Assembly (NCBI RefSeq): GCF_030684315.1
Contig: NC_081398.1
Span: 4,568,385-4,632,384, forward strand
DNA: 64,000 nt
Reading direction: 5' to 3'
DNA from: Stegostoma tigrinum
Taxonomy: Eukaryota
The notes under the pieces were generated by a model, which saw only the letters and a program-made list of their open reading frames with translations, made no database searches and was not told the origin of the DNA. Position 1 is the first letter of the stretch; the number at the start of each line of letters is the position of its first letter. Shown piece after piece: positions 62,725 through 64,000 of this stretch. The translations under genes and the position numbers were made by a program.

Positions 62725-62992
62725 AGACACACGTATACACACACACACGTATATACATACACGCACATGTATATACATACACATATATACACACATATAT
62801 ATACGCACACGCATGTATATGCACGCACATGTATATACGNNNNNNNNNNNNNNNNNNNNNNNNNNNNNNNNNNNNNNNNNNNNNNNNNNNNNNNNNNNNN
62901 NNNNNNNNNNNNNNNNNNNNNNNNNNNNNNNNNNNNNNNNNNNNNNNNNNNNNNNNNNNNNNNNNNNNNNNNNNNNNNNNNNNNNNNNNNNN
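62725..62992. repeat. CA/TA microsatellite and assembly gap (N 62840-62992)
   Basis: Visible. Confidence 0.95.
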
Positions 62993-64000
62993 TCGACAAA
63001 CAAACAAATTGCTGGAGAAGCTCAGCAGGGCCTGGCAGTGACTGTGGAGAAAGCAATGGAGTTAACGTCTATTCTCTTTCTCCGAACCCCCAACTCTTTT
63101 CTCCCCCCCCGCCGCCCCGAAACTTCCAAGCTAATCATCCCATGGGGAGAGGGGATCTGGGCAAAGTGATACGGAGGTAACCGTGAATAATCCCTACCTA
63201 TCTGCATTCCTGGAGGGGTCCACGTATTGTCTAATCTTTGACAGCGGTCTTATGGTGAAACTTTGAATCATTACTCCTTGGAGTGTAGATGAGTTTATTG
63301 CAGCAGAGGGTGGTGGATGCTGAAATTATATCCCCCCCCCCCCTTTTTGTGTAGGAGAATTGAGAGCTCGTTTAAAGATTTGGGGGTTTCCATCGACGGT
63401 GCGGGTGAAAGGTGTTTCTTCTGAGCACCATTTTTAGGCCACAAAACCCGTCTGGTTCACTGTTGTTCAGGGGAGAAAATCTGGCGTCCCTAGCCGGTCT
63501 GGCCTACATGTGACTCCAGGCCCACGGCGAAGTGGCTGACTCCTAACTGAAATTGTCTAGCAAGACGTTTGATTGAACTGCCAATAGAGGTGGCACCATA
63601 AATCCTGGCTTTGCCAGCAGCGCCCATATAACCAAATAATTCTTTATTCATTTTGTCCTGCCCCCTGGACTGTACAAAAGCGAGGGATGCCGGTTCAAAG
63701 TGGGTGCCGGAAACGAGAGCCTGCAGGGCTTCTCAATTGGCGGGTCGAGACAGGAGGAGAGCTGATCATCATTCATCTTCCTCCCCCAGAAGTGTTTAAA
63801 CATACTCCACACAGGTTAGCTGATCGTTTTGGGTGGAACTAGTGCAAAAATGTCAGAGCTATAGTATCAGCTGCCACTCTTTGGGTTATAGGAACGCTAC
63901 GAGGGCATGAGAAAGGTCTCCTGCTGCACGGTTTGGATCTGTTGGTTTGCCCCGAAGTGCATCTGGATTAATTTTTTCCTTCCATTCGGTTGTTTTCCGT

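Noticed and set aside
63790-63814. 25-nt micro-exon candidate of the plus-strand gene
   Set aside because: Splice-like signals only; cannot be supported without transcripts

Overview
Vertebrate genomic DNA, most likely from a shark, judged from the V-SINE/HE1-like, DeuSINE/SacSINE-like, CR1 and Penelope repeat set. Genes read by eye, all on the minus strand: a TM4SF/L6-family first coding exon (10489-10668) with an exact 130-bp orphan duplicate 909 bp upstream; an intronless MBLAC1 CDS (20893-21546) whose probable promoter and non-coding exon 1 lie about 13 kb away (~34.6 kb), beyond an 8.3-kb hierarchical 22-bp satellite; and a complete 6-exon CNPY4 (45678-59052, 250 aa). A divergent CpG-rich promoter and first exon at ~62 kb may be TAF6, by synteny only. 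The strongest unusual signal is a family of Penelope-like fold-back elements, ~0.1-1.7 kb, many with 8-16-bp target-site duplications and minimal hammerhead ribozyme motifs. Also notable are variable-length expansions of one G-quadruplex-prone 53-bp unit inside five V-SINEs. All calls come from manual reading; no searches were run and TE boundaries are approximate.
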